Shown here: positions 14,008 to 26,734 of the stretch, one piece after another
Layout: each line of letters starts with the position of its first letter
Numbering within the stretch: position 1 is the first letter of the stretch
Position numbers and translations under genes: made by a program
Notes under the pieces: model-generated
What the model saw: only the letters and a program-made list of their open reading frames with translations
What the model was told of the DNA's origin: nothing
Database searches by the model: none
Origin: Camelus dromedarius
Lineage: Eukaryota
Assembly (NCBI RefSeq): GCF_036321535.1
Contig: NC_087436.1
Location: 30,878,001-30,942,000, forward strand
Direction: 5' to 3'
Length of the DNA stretch: 64,000 nucleotides

Positions 14008-14522
14008 TTTTTTTTTGTATATATATATATTTTATGGAAGTATATGTATATATATTATATATTTTATGGAAGTATTGTCAGTTTACAATATTGTGTCATT
14101 TTCTAGTGCACAGCACAATGCTTCAGTCATACATGGCCATATATATATTCGTTTTCATATTTTTTTCACCATACATTACTATAAGATAATGAATATAGTT
14201 CCCTGTGCTATACAGTATAAACATGTTTATTATATATATATGTTAGTTAGTATCTGCAAATCTCGAACTCCTAATTTATCCCTTCCCACCCCTTTGGTAT
14301 GGTAACCATACACTGTTTTTGTATGTCTGTTTTGTAAATAAGTTCATTTGTCTTGTCTTTTTTTGTTTGTATTTTGTAAATAAGTTCATTTGTTTTGTCT
14401 TTTTTTTTTTTTTAAGATTCCACATATAAGTGGTATCATATGGTATTTTTCTTTCTCTTTCTGGCTTAGAATAGCAATCTCCAGATCCATCCATGTTGGT
14501 GCAAATGGCGTTATTTATTCTT
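14008..14522 (-). mobile_element. L1 3' end of cetartiodactyl type with internal tandem duplications
   Basis: Poly-T at the left; gaatatagttccctgtgctatacagta; gattccacatataagtg...; ccatccatgttggtgcaaatggc (ORF2 end). Confidence 0.85.
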
Positions 14523-14744
14523 AATATAAAAATTCTACAGAAGACATAATCAGTTCTCTTATTCTTAATCTCAGACAAAAATATATGGCACAGCTTGACA
14601 AGCAGTAGAAAAGAAGACAGAAAGTCCAGGAACTGTTTGTTCATACCCTGAACAAAGCACTATTAATAATGGAAGGTTGAGTAAATATCTTCCTCACTAA
14701 AAATGTTTTCTGGATGGATAGCTGGATGAATGGATGAAGCAATG

Positions 14745-14955
14745 AGGCTCCTTTAAGGGCACAGACTCTCGAGCCCAACACACACACGACTCATACCTTG
14801 AATATTCTCAATTATGCCCATTTGACTTTGGCAATTTACTCTTCATCTCCAAGTCTTAGATTTCATACCTATAAAACAGGGTTTATAACTTCTTTTTAAA
14901 GAGCATTATTATAAGATGTAAAATTACCTGGAACATAAATACTGAATAAAAATAA
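14745..14955 (+). mobile_element. MIR SINE relic
   Basis: aagggcacagactct...gactttggcaatttact...tttcatacctataaaacagg. Confidence 0.55.
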
Positions 14956-15000
14956 ATCTGTACTAGTTTACAGCAGGCGAATTACCAGAAATATAATTTT

Positions 15001-17025
15001 TTAAATAACAGACTTTATTTTTTAGAGCAGTTTTAGGTTGAGAGCAATACTGGGCAGAAAGTACAGAGATTTCCCATTCACTCCTTTCATTCAATCATTC
15101 ATAACCTCTCCCATTATCAACAGCCCCCACCAAAGCGGTACATTTACTACAATTGATGACCTTATATTGACACATCATTATAATCCAAAGTTCATAGTTT
15201 ACATTAGCATTCACCCTTGGTATTGGACATTCTATTGGCTTGGACAAATATATAATGACATGAATTCATCATTACAGTATCATATGGAATAGTTTCACTG
15301 CCTTAAAAATCCTATGTGCTCCACCTATTCAATTTTCACTTTCCTAAGCCCTAGCAACCACTTAACTTTTTACTGTCCCCTTAGTTTTGTCTGTTTCAGA
15401 ATATCATACAGTACATAAACTTTTCAGATTGGTTTCTTTCACTCAGTAATATACACTTAAGTTTCATCCATGTCTTTTCAAGGCTTGAAAGCTCATTTTT
15501 TTTTAGCACTTAATAATATTCAATTGTCTAGGTGTACCAAAATTTATCTATTCATCTAACTGAAGGACAGCTTGGTTGCTTCCAAGTTTTGGCAATTATG
15601 AATAAGACTGCTAAAAACATCCATGTACAGGTTTTTGTGTGGATGTAAGTTTTTAATACTTTTGGGTAAATATCAAGGAGTGTATGATGATTAATTGTAA
15701 CTGTCAAGTTGATTGGGTTAAAAGATGTCCAGATAGCTAGTAAAACATCATTTCTGAGTGTGTTTGTGAGGGTGTCTCTGGAGGAGATTAGCATTTGAAT
15801 CTGTAGACTAAGGAAACAAGATCCCTTTCACCAATGCAGGAGACATCACATAATCTCTTGAGGGTCTGAATAGATCAAAAAGGTGGATAAAGGGTAAATT
15901 CTCTCTGCTTGAGCTGAAACACCCATCTCTTGCCCTGTCATCAGAGTTCTGGTTCTCAGTCCTTTGGATCTGGGATGAATTACACCACCAGTTTTCCTGA
16001 TTCTCCAGCTTGCAGACTGTAGATCTTGGATCTTTTTGCCTTCATAATCACATTAGCCAATTTGAATAATAAATTTCCTCTTATATGTCTCTATCTGTAT
16101 CTGTATCTATCTTCTATTGGTTATTTTTCACTTTAGAACACTAATACACAGTGCAATTGCTCAATCACGTGTTGTGAACATTTTGTTTTCTAAGAAACTA
16201 CCAAACTGCCTTCCAAAATGGTGATGCCATTTTTTATTCTCACCAGCAATGAATGAAGAGTTCCTCCTTGCCCACATCTGGTGTCAGTGTTTTGGATTTT
16301 TGCCATTCTGTTAAGTGTGTAGTGGTATCTCATTGTTATTTTAATTCCCATTTCCCTGATGACATGTGATGTGGAACACTTTATCATGTGCTTACTTGTT
16401 ATCCACATATCTTTAATGTGGTGTCTATTAAGTTTTTTGACCAGTTTTTAAATTGTTCATTACTGTTGAGTTTAAAAAGCTCTTTATGTATTTGGGATAA
16501 CAATCCTTTATTAGGTGTGTCTTTTGCAAATATTTTCTCCCAGTCTGTGGCTTTTCTTCTCATTCTCTAAATATTATAATTTACATGGCAGAAGTTTTTG
16601 ATTTTAATGAAGTTCAGATAATTTTTTTTTATGGTCTTTGCTGTTGTAGCTAAAATGTCACTGTCATATACAAAGTCATCAAGGTTTTCTCCTATGTTAT
16701 CTTCAATGAGTTTATAGTTCTGCATTTTGCATTTAAGTCTGTGATTCATTCTGAGTTAACTTTTGTTAAATGTGTAAGGTCTGTGTCTGTATTCATTTTT
16801 TGCATGTGAATGCTCAGTCATTCTTGTACCATTTGTTGTAAAGACTATCTTTGCTCTATGGCATTGCCTTTGCTCCTTTGTCAAAGATCAATTGATTATA
16901 TTTATATGGGCCTATTTCTGGGTTCCCTATTCTGTCCATCTATTTGTCTATTCTTTTGCCAATATCACACTGTCTTGGTTACTGTAGCTTTATAGTAAGT
17001 CATGATTTTGTAGTGTCAGTCCTCT
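15001..17025 (-). mobile_element. L1MC1-like 3' fragment with a nested MLT2 LTR
   Basis: 3' end ttttttagagcagttttagg...gtacagagatttccc. ORF2 debris (IIAKTWKQPSCPS; VIREMGIKITMRYH). TSD agaaatataatttt 14987-15000 / agaaatagaatttt 17026-17039. Confidence 0.9.
15683..16148 (+). mobile_element. MLT2-like (ERVL) solo LTR
   Basis: tatgatgattaat...gtgtgtttgtgagggtgtctctggaggagattagcatttgaatc...ctaataca. 5-bp TSD gagtg/cagtg; the L1 text resumes seamlessly. Confidence 0.85.
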
Positions 17026-18706
17026 AGAAATAGAATTTTATAAAAGAAATAACAAATAGGGGTATTTAAAAACTAGAACTAAATCCCAGTTTGGTGGGCG
17101 GAGAAATGTAGTATTAATAAAGAAGTAGAATATTCAAGAAAAGTAGTCTTACTTTAGGTGCATATTCAAACTACCTTGAAAGTAAAAACTCGTGTATTTT
17201 AGATATAAGTATCCAAATTTTACATGATTCTACTTAGATACATTATCAGAAAGAACTACCATGCCTCCCCATGCAAAAATAGAACAATATTTGCCCTTAT
17301 CTCTATCACAAGAATATTATGATAAAAGATAAGACATGCTTGAAAGTACTTTGAGTATATGTGTTTGTGTATATAAGCTCCTCTTCCTCCTGAGGGGCTA
17401 TGATAGTATTTTGATTATTTCTTCTAGTGTTGTTCTAGAACAGGCTCTCTCGGCCGCTTCACTATCACTCTAATAACGTTGTTGTCGCAAATTACTCCCT
17501 ATGTCTGGTGTTCCAGCAGTAATGACTGAATAGCCTACATAATTCAAAATCATGAATTTCAATATTTTATTTTGGACTCTATCTTTGTACAGAAACTTAA
17601 ATGAATGGCACCCAAAATAACTATTTATAATAAATTGCTTTTACCCAGTAGGGTCAAGTTACTCTCCTAGTAGCATTATCTTAAATACACTTAAATTCAA
17701 GGCAATGAATTAGTTAAAGAATTAACTAAATCATGGATGATTTTTCCCCCTTTCGTCCATTTATCCAATGAAGGCCATGCATCATTTTTAAAAATCATAC
17801 TTCAGAAGTTTCATGAACACATTTGACCATGTCACACTCAGATTTTTGCCAAAGTTGAACCCCACCCAAAATTTAAGCATGGAAGCAGAGAACATTAATG
17901 ATTGCTTTAGTAGATAATAACCAGTCTCAGAAAAGGCATAGAGTAAAAGAATATAGCCTTCTTGATATTAAAATCAGGACAATCTCCCTTCCTCTTGGTT
18001 TGGACTTTCATGAGACCAGAAATTTTCCTTTTAAGATACAAGATGCTCTTAAGTGCTTTGCAATAGGGTATATTAAACTATCAATTCCCCAAATATAGAA
18101 AAAATAACTTGGATGAACACAAACATTAGCGATCTTTCTTTTATTTATTGCCTGGATAATCAGATAATCAGATCACTGTCTCAACAGAACTGTACTGACA
18201 TTCTTTTTTTGCACTGTTTTTGCTCCAGAAAATAGTATCCCCAGAAATCCTCTGGTATTATTTGCCATCATCTTGACATATTGCAACTTCTACAGGTTAG
18301 AAATATTTGCATCATTGACATATATCTCCATAGACTTGCTAGCTTATTTCATTTGACATTGTAACATCATGTCTATGGATTTATATTATAAAAAACTCAC
18401 GAGAATGTCAATGACACAAAATCCCATTACAGTGCAGGGGAATTAGTGACATTAGAAAAACACTATGAAAAGTGACTAGACTGTCTCATTTCTGGAAGCT
18501 TTGTTTCATTAAAATGGAAAATCTCTTGATTTAATTATTTAAATAAATTTCTAAAGAGAAACTTAAAAGAAACTAAGAAAATAGGCTGAACAAAAGTGGA
18601 TACTTTCTGTTTCACTATTATAATTTGTTACATGTAGTTAATGGCAATGCTACTCAAGCCAGAAAAAGTGAGGGGGAGGGAGAAGCCCCACTCACTTGTC
18701 ACTTAC

Positions 18707-18842
18707 TGTTCCAGCACACACAACTCTACATCATGAGTACAGAAAGATCTGGCAGGGATTAAGTCAGGGTATTGAAAACTTAAGCCAAATACTATTTCTG
18801 GTACTAATGATTCAGAATTCACCAGGTTGATTTAAAAGCTGC
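18707..18842 (-). other. Candidate internal exon (136 nt)
   Basis: gttttatccccag|GCAG ... ACA|gtaagt. Confidence 0.3.
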
Positions 18843-20329
18843 CTGGGGATAAAACTCAACTATTTCAAGTTTTATAGTTGATAAAAGCATCCTTTTATTT
18901 GTATTTTTATCCTATTTTTATTTTAATTTCATTTTGAGGTATGACATCCTGTCCCATTCCTTGGCTACACCATGAGACAAGTTATTTGGTGACAGCTATA
19001 GGAATAGCCTCCACTGCAGTTACGCTCATTCGCAGCATGAAGGAAAATGAGTTTGATGCTTTTCAGCTGACAGGGCAGAAATATGAATCTTTCAGACATC
19101 CCCAATTTTGTATGCTTCTAGCCAAATCACTTTCATTCCCCTTACTGATATGGGTATTAATGTATAAGGTTCCCTAGAGTCTCTTGCTTTTATGCAAAGG
19201 AAGGCTGGGTGTTGTGTGAAAAAGGGACGCTCTGAATTTCCTTTTTTAATTTATGGAGTTTAGGAGTAGCATACAGTCATTTATAGCTGGGCTGACAGGG
19301 AGCACAGCGCACATTACCACTTGTCTGCTCGGTGATTTAAAATTACCTCCTGGAGACTATTGCTGATATTAGCTCAGTGACTTTAACAGATACTTTAATT
19401 ATAAAATATATGTATCATGAAGACGGGAAGTTGTACATTTCTAATTTTCTTAAATTTTTTTTAAAAAATTGGAAATGTGCATTCAAAGACAAGCTTAGTT
19501 CTCTGAGGTTAAATGACAGATATGCTATTTTGATAACAAATCATTGTTATTTGGGTCCTCCTAGTGAAAAGAGGCTAGCTTTTGTGGTCAGAAATGGCAT
19601 GCAATTGTGGTCTTCTATTTACTAGCTGAGGGATGTCAAACAATGGAGGGATAGTATCAATTTTCAGGATAATTTTGAGACTTAAATGAAATAGTGCATA
19701 TATAATACCCAGGAAGGGCCTGACAGGCATGGGCACAAGTCTCTCCATTCATATTTGCATTACCTTTTTCACAATAGTTCCAAGAAGAACACATATTCAT
19801 TTTTGCAACTAGCAGTTTTCTCAATAAGGAAAAGAAAAGAAGCCTCCAACTTTAAAACATCTAGATACATCTAGATACTGTAGTCCAGGTCTATTGTGAC
19901 TCACAATTTGAGTAGGACTCAAGCACAAGTATCAATATTTCAGATGTATTTCAACGATTCATCTATTCTCCCTTGAGAGAGAGAAAATTTCTTAATAAGA
20001 AAATTAATGGTATTTGGTTTATTTATAATGTTATTTTATGAATTATTTGAAAAACTGTTATAATTTTGGAGGACTGGGAACAAATGATAATATTCTTACC
20101 TAAGTCAATGGTCTCACTAAATACATGTTACCTTGAAATTTATTAATAGTGTTAAGTGGTAAAGATAAGTGCACAATGTATAAAAAACTAAAAAGAATGA
20201 TTATACATGTTGTTATTGATATATAATGTATATTACATGTAATATAGCAGGGGAGAGAGAAAGAGAAAGTCTTCCAGTCATCATGAGGAACCTCTGAAAT
20301 AAAGTTTGCAATTCAGTTTGAAAGCGTTC

Positions 20330-20700
20330 TATTGCGATCAGGATAACTGAGATTACAGAGCTGTAACCAACATTCCTCCATACCTCAGCAACTTAAAAAA
20401 CAAAATGTCATCTCTTCTCACATCAAATTCCTGTCATTTATAAACTGTGGGCTCTCCTCTGTATTTTCAGTGTCCTCACTCTAAGAACCAGGCTAATGAA
20501 ACAGCCCCTACCTACTTAAGAGCATTGCTGGTTTCAGTAGTAGGGAGAAAAAGATACTGCCTAGTCTAGTAACAACAAAAACTCAACCTGAGGTGACACT
20601 TGCACTTCAACTTATTGGACCAAACTGGTCTCACACACCAGACAAGGACAAGAGAGATATGAGGTGAAATTCTGAAGTTCCCAGAAGAAATGGACCATTT
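20330..20700 (-). mobile_element. MLT1 (MaLR) LTR relic
   Basis: gctgtaaccaacattcctccatacctcagcaacttaaaaaacaaa...aagaaccaggct...ttattggaccaaactggtc. Confidence 0.5.
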
Positions 20701-23700
20701 GGAAAACTACTGAAAAATATCTAACTGTTAAATTATAAACCAAGTTGTTACTGACTCAAGGATATCTAGAACACCTGCACTAACTCAGCAGCCAGCAGAG
20801 TTTGGAACTTAGAAGGTGCCCAGTAGAGTTACTGAGCGGAGAAGTGTATTGTTAGAAATGAAGCTGAATGGCAATAATTATAACAGACTACCTTCTTAGT
20901 AAACTTAAACTATCTATTGAGGAAAGGCTGAGATTTGCAGTATATGGAATCAAATGAAATTAGCCTGCACTGCATGGCAACTTATAATCAATAACCTCTA
21001 ATACCTTATTTTAAAAATGTAAATGAAGCCACCTACCCTGAGGCAGAATGCAAAAAATTTTCAAGCTGCAATATTGTTATAATACTAAATCGATCTCATT
21101 TCAACCATCGAGAATAAAGCCACACAAGAAAACCCAGCTGGGACAGGTTTATAATCCAAATAAAAAATCAAAATTGCAATTATAAGCACAGATGGAAATA
21201 TATGGCTCTGAAAGTGTCACTGTGTATAAATCCAGGAGCAATTTTAAAGCAAAGGGTATTGATTGAGTAACACAGATCTCCTCAACTGAACAATCTAGAA
21301 TGCCCATCCATATTCCCTCAATTTTTCCCACGCCTTGCCTGCCAGCATTACATGTGTCATCTTGCAGTCAGTTCACTGACACCCTGTAGCCCAGCTGAAT
21401 AAATGAATCAGTAAACAATGAAAAATATGTCGAGGCATGCTGTCACTTAAGGAATAAATGTTAAGCTGGTTAGAGTTATAGAGAGGAGGAAACAGGATAT
21501 GGAAGTATAAGAAGAAGGAATGTGTGAGTGATTAAATATGAGGTCATGTACAAGGGATCACAGGACAAGTCAATGAAGGATTGTTACAATGGAGACATTC
21601 AGAGTAAGATGGATGAGATTTATGTTCAAAGTACAAACACATGTAAAATTTTAAAAAGTCAAGTGTTGTTTCAAGCAATTCATTAGGTTCTTTAAAGCTG
21701 ATGACCAAACCAAACTCCAAAATATAAGCAATTAGAAACACATGTATATGAGGCATTGACGTTTAGCCATTCGGTTGCTACACTGTGAACCAGCATCATT
21801 CCTTGGGTAATTAGATTGCATTGCCTGCTGCTTTTATATCTCATCTCACTTGAGCATGTATTTGATATTCAGAGAAAATGCAGGGTAACTAATGAATGCT
21901 GCAAGCACAAATGAGTATTATTTCTATGCAGATTTTTTTGGCAACTGAGTAAAACATTTGGAGAGAGTAACCCAGCATCAGAAACATGGATGGAAAATGG
22001 AGGCTTTGCATTCTAATCATATGCCTGCCTCTAGCTCCACACTTAATCTACTTGGGTCTTCCCTCTGTCTCCTGGCTGCACCATCTGGCTAACTGAACTG
22101 AGAGTTCTCATGTTATATGTTATCTCACAATAAAACAGGGATCATTGAAAATTCCAATAAAGAACCAGCAAAGAATTAACTCGTAAATCAAAGCCCCTGT
22201 TTTTGTCTTTAAAACATTCTGAACTTCTAAGTGGATGCTGGGCATCCCATTTACATTCTAGGTCTTTTTAGGAAGCAGCAAGATATAAATAAGACACACA
22301 GAAAATAAAGCCAGAAAGCATTAGGCTTTGTCCTCGCACTTACTACCAAGACCTGACAGGATCACTTCACGCCTCTTAATGAATGTTAGTTACATCAAAT
22401 TTTAAAAGAGTATAAAATTTTACTCTGAGCTGTCTACAGGATTATATGGGTAATTCATGTAAACATTTTTATACACTGTACAGCAATACAAACACGTAAG
22501 AACTTACAAAACTTTAGCACAAGAAATAGTTCTAAAAAATCTAAGAAATAGTTCTAAAAAATCACAGAAGTGCTGGAATATAGTAAGTTTTTTTGATATT
22601 TCCAAGTCAATGGAAATCTTACATCTATCCAGGATATACATGTATGGTCACTGCATAGCAAATACTTTGACAAATATACTGAGAGTCAGGTCCACTAAGG
22701 CAGGCAGATCTTGATACCAAAACAGAAATCAGCAGTGCAAGGGTACTTTCTTGTATATATTTTAAAGTTAACTTCTTACTGAAAAATATGAATGATCTGT
22801 AAAATAATTTAGAGGTAACTCTAAAACTCTGCCACTCTGATTTCTGATCTTACTACCTAATGTTTACACCCTCTTTTTTAATGTATTTAATTTCCCAATG
22901 AAAATTTTCAGTTTCGTATTTCATTTGAAAGATAGTTTGTGTTAATAGTAAGATAGCACAAATTATAACAATTTGTCTCAATTATGAAACCAACCACAGA
23001 GATAATCTAGTCTTTATGTAAGGTCTGTCATAAAAACACTACCGAGTACTTACTATGCTCCATGAACAGAGTTGAGAGAGAGAGACTGTGTGTGTGTGGT
23101 GATCACTTAAACTTCACACAGCTCTGTAATTAGACAAACAGAGACTTGTTCAAGGTCACTCAATCCAGATCTGTCTCCAGAACTTTGGCTGACTAAGACA
23201 TTTTCTTTGTGTATCACACATATTTTTTGGTGGCTAGCCAACAGAACATTGGCATATGACAATGATTTAAAGAAAATAAAAAGAGAGAATGATCCTCCAT
23301 GTGTGGGTGTGCTGCAAATAAACCACAACAAATTGCCAAACGGAAGGTGAACGTTCATTTTGTGGAATAGTTTTTATACAAAGGACAAAAGGACTCAATT
23401 CATATTCACAGCAAAGCACATTATTTTAGGAACAGTTAAATGCTGATCACTCTTCTGTAATTCTGTTTTAATTAAATACTACCATTAAGAGCCATATTAA
23501 ATAATGTGCTAACATTTCAGTTTGTGGATAAGATACTAATCTGAGGTTCTCCATCATCGAAGTGTTAAAGTGTTAGCACTGAGCGACCTGATCTCTGAGA
23601 GCCCTGGTTTTCTTATATTTTACGAAGTTTGTGTGTGTGTGTCCTCCTATTATGTGTGATTATTAGGAGGCTCACAGGATACAAAATATGTGGATGTATT

Positions 23701-24039
23701 ATTTGATTCCCTCATCAGTGTCTCAACAGATCTTTGGTTGTGTGAACTTAATATGCTTAAGATATATCATTTCTTCAGCAGACACAGCTATTTTCAGCCA
23801 TTATATAAAACTTTACAGAGATATTAAGTCAGTGTTAATGCATATTTACCATGGAAGTCAATCCATTCTATTTTCTTGGCTTGGAATAAGTAGTTATCAG
23901 ACTTTCAGGATATGGCATACTTAAGGGAGAGTGAAAGTCTTCAAATGCTTAAGAGTCACATGGGTGCCAAGCAGGCATAAACATGATTATAAATTCTGGG
24001 TTGTTCTGTAAAGTTGGAATGTTAACCTTCTATTACCTA

Positions 24040-24042
<3 letters not shown>

Positions 24043-24078
<36 letters not shown>

Positions 24079-24153
24079 TATATACACACACACACACATA
24101 TACATACACACACATATATATATATACACACACACATATACATACATATATAT
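24043..24153. repeat. Compound (TA)n/(CA)n microsatellite
   Basis: Directly visible. Confidence 0.95.
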
Positions 24154-26734
24154 AATTATTAAAACTCTGAAATAATTAGTTTCTTTGTCTGCAAAATTAG
24201 AATAATTATAAAACCCTGTCAGGGTTCATTGTGAAGCTAAAAAGAAATAGTATATAAAAAGTACGTAGTATAATGCTTTCTGTATGGTAAAAGGATAAAT
24301 TTAAATATTATTACTACTTTTATTAATAACTATATATTGAAACATGACATTATCAGTTTCTTTCATTATAATTTGAGTGAAACATAAGACTTGGATAAAT
24401 GACTTGCTCTCTTAATCTATTTCACATTAGTACAATCAAAATTCCTAATAGTAATATAGATGTTAAAAAACAGTAATACTGAACAAAAATTTCACACCAG
24501 AAAAAAAGTAAGAATCAAAATGTATATATACTTTGATCAGGCAGATGATAAACTTTTGAAAGAAGAGTAAAGAGTCAAAAACATAAAAATAAGGAAGGTA
24601 AAGATATCATTTTATTTGCTGTCTTCTACTTCCTACAGAGATAAGTAAGAATTGTTTTGCTCTAAGAATATTAAGTTGTTCCTCAAAATTCCTCTCATTT
24701 ATCTTCTAAATTCAATACCATCATGGTGTGCAATGACAGACTTGTTCTCAAAAGTTCGTATTACTATTGTTATTGACAATACCTTGCTCTCAATTTCTGA
24801 AGGAAGGAAAAACAAAATAAGCTATAGCTCTACAAGGACAGCCTTTGTATATGTACTCAAATATGAGCCAACAAAAATGACAGTCTTATTAAAACAAAAC
24901 AAAGCAACTAAAGGCAGAAGAAAAAGGCAATCATGTCCCAAAATGGAATATAAAGAGTTTTTTTTTTTTAAGATTCAAAATTTAGTATTGTAAAGAGGTT
25001 GTTAACTATTAGATCCACTTCATAACAACAAGAAAAAACCCTGTTTCAATATTGTCTTTTCAATTCTATTCAGATGAATATAAACAAATGAAAACTCCTG
25101 TTTGTTGAAAGTGTCCATTACTTCAATACATGTGTAAATTGGGTGTTGGAAAAGAGCCTTCAACAGAATTTCAAGAATTGAGTAATTTGCATTCTTATAT
25201 TTCAGGGAAAGTTGGTTTAAGCAAAATATTACTTCAAGAAGTAATCATGAGCTTCAAAGTAGAGGAGCATATTAATGTGCTGATCTGATTTCACTGAAGG
25301 AATATGACACTTCTGGACAGCTCAAGAGATTGGCTGCAATATTCGGAAAGAAAGGCGATCACTGAAGCCACCCTGTGCTGTTCTGTGATGCTCAAGTCAT
25401 AGCAGACATTAGTAAGTCACTAGCTATTTTCACATGCTTGTCATAACGTTTGTGTCACAATTTCAGGGCAGAGAGAATATAAGACAAAGAACTTCAGGGA
25501 GAGAAAGTTAAAGCAAGCCTGTCAAAGAATGGCAGGCCCAAATTTGATCTGCCTTCTGTTTTTCTCACTGTTCCCTGAAAAGCTCGTGTCAATCTCACTT
25601 GGCCAAGTTTTCAAACACAGCAACCAATTTGGGAAATGTCTGAACACAATCAAGTTGTCACCAGCCATCTTATGGGCATTCAGGCTTCCTGGTAATGATA
25701 CTAATTTGGAAAGCCAAATTTAGATCACTGTGCTTACACTGGCCTCTATAAAATCAGAATTCAAATTCTGCCTTTTAAAGTTGTAAACATAAGGCATCAG
25801 GAAGAGTCCTGAGTTAGCAAGACCCTAAACGTAACATCTGTTTTTGTATATGACATTGTGATGCTCTGGGAATGACTAATGAGTGGCTCGCCCACAGACT
25901 CTTAAGTTACATGTTAATAATCAATAGCAGGATTAGAAAGGATGAAGCCCAACACACTATATAACATTTTGGGATAAAGACAGTTTAACTGAGTAACTAT
26001 TACTATGAACGTCACTGATGTTAATTAGTTCTATACAAAAGTTTACACGTACCAACTACAAAAATTTTTTTCAAAAATATAAAGAAAAGGAAATTTAAAC
26101 AAGTCATTATAATGGTTAATATTCCTTATTCATACTTATTTGGAGATCTAAAGTTAGAGCTAAAATTCAAGTTAACGTTATTAAGCCATTCTTAGACCCG
26201 TATATCATCTTCATGCTTTTAAATAAAATTCCATCTGGAATCTAGAAGGCAATTAACCATAACTTCATCAAGCCTAGGCATTTAGAGAAAGGCATCATTT
26301 TTCTATCTGAGGGTTGCATAACACTAAAGTAAAAGAGAACAGTCAACAAACTTTAGAGTTAGTAATTCTTAATCTATTTGTGTTTCCTATAACAGAGGAG
26401 TCTATACTCAAGCATTTTCCATTAAAAAAAGGTAATAAAAACTAATTAGTTTGAAGAAGAATCAAGTCTACCTTCCTTGATAATCCCTTGCCTAATCGTA
26501 TCACTTTTTTTTACAAATACATGGATTTCTTCTACCTTTAATTTAACACAAAACACATTACCTAAGCTATGAGCCAGCATATTTTAAAAATACGTATGCA
26601 TATATACACGGGTATGCATATGTACATATCCATATGCATTTATATTTTATTATTTAGTAAATCAAAAATAATTATGAAAAAGATATAAAATACAGGTTTC
26701 CCTTCAAATTGTATTTCTCTGCATGTTTCAGTCC

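Noticed and set aside
20100..20293. Acceptor/donor pair on the minus strand (tttatttcag|A ... TAG|gtaaga)
   Set aside because: The enclosed sequence is very AT-rich and low in complexity; most likely a pseudo-exon
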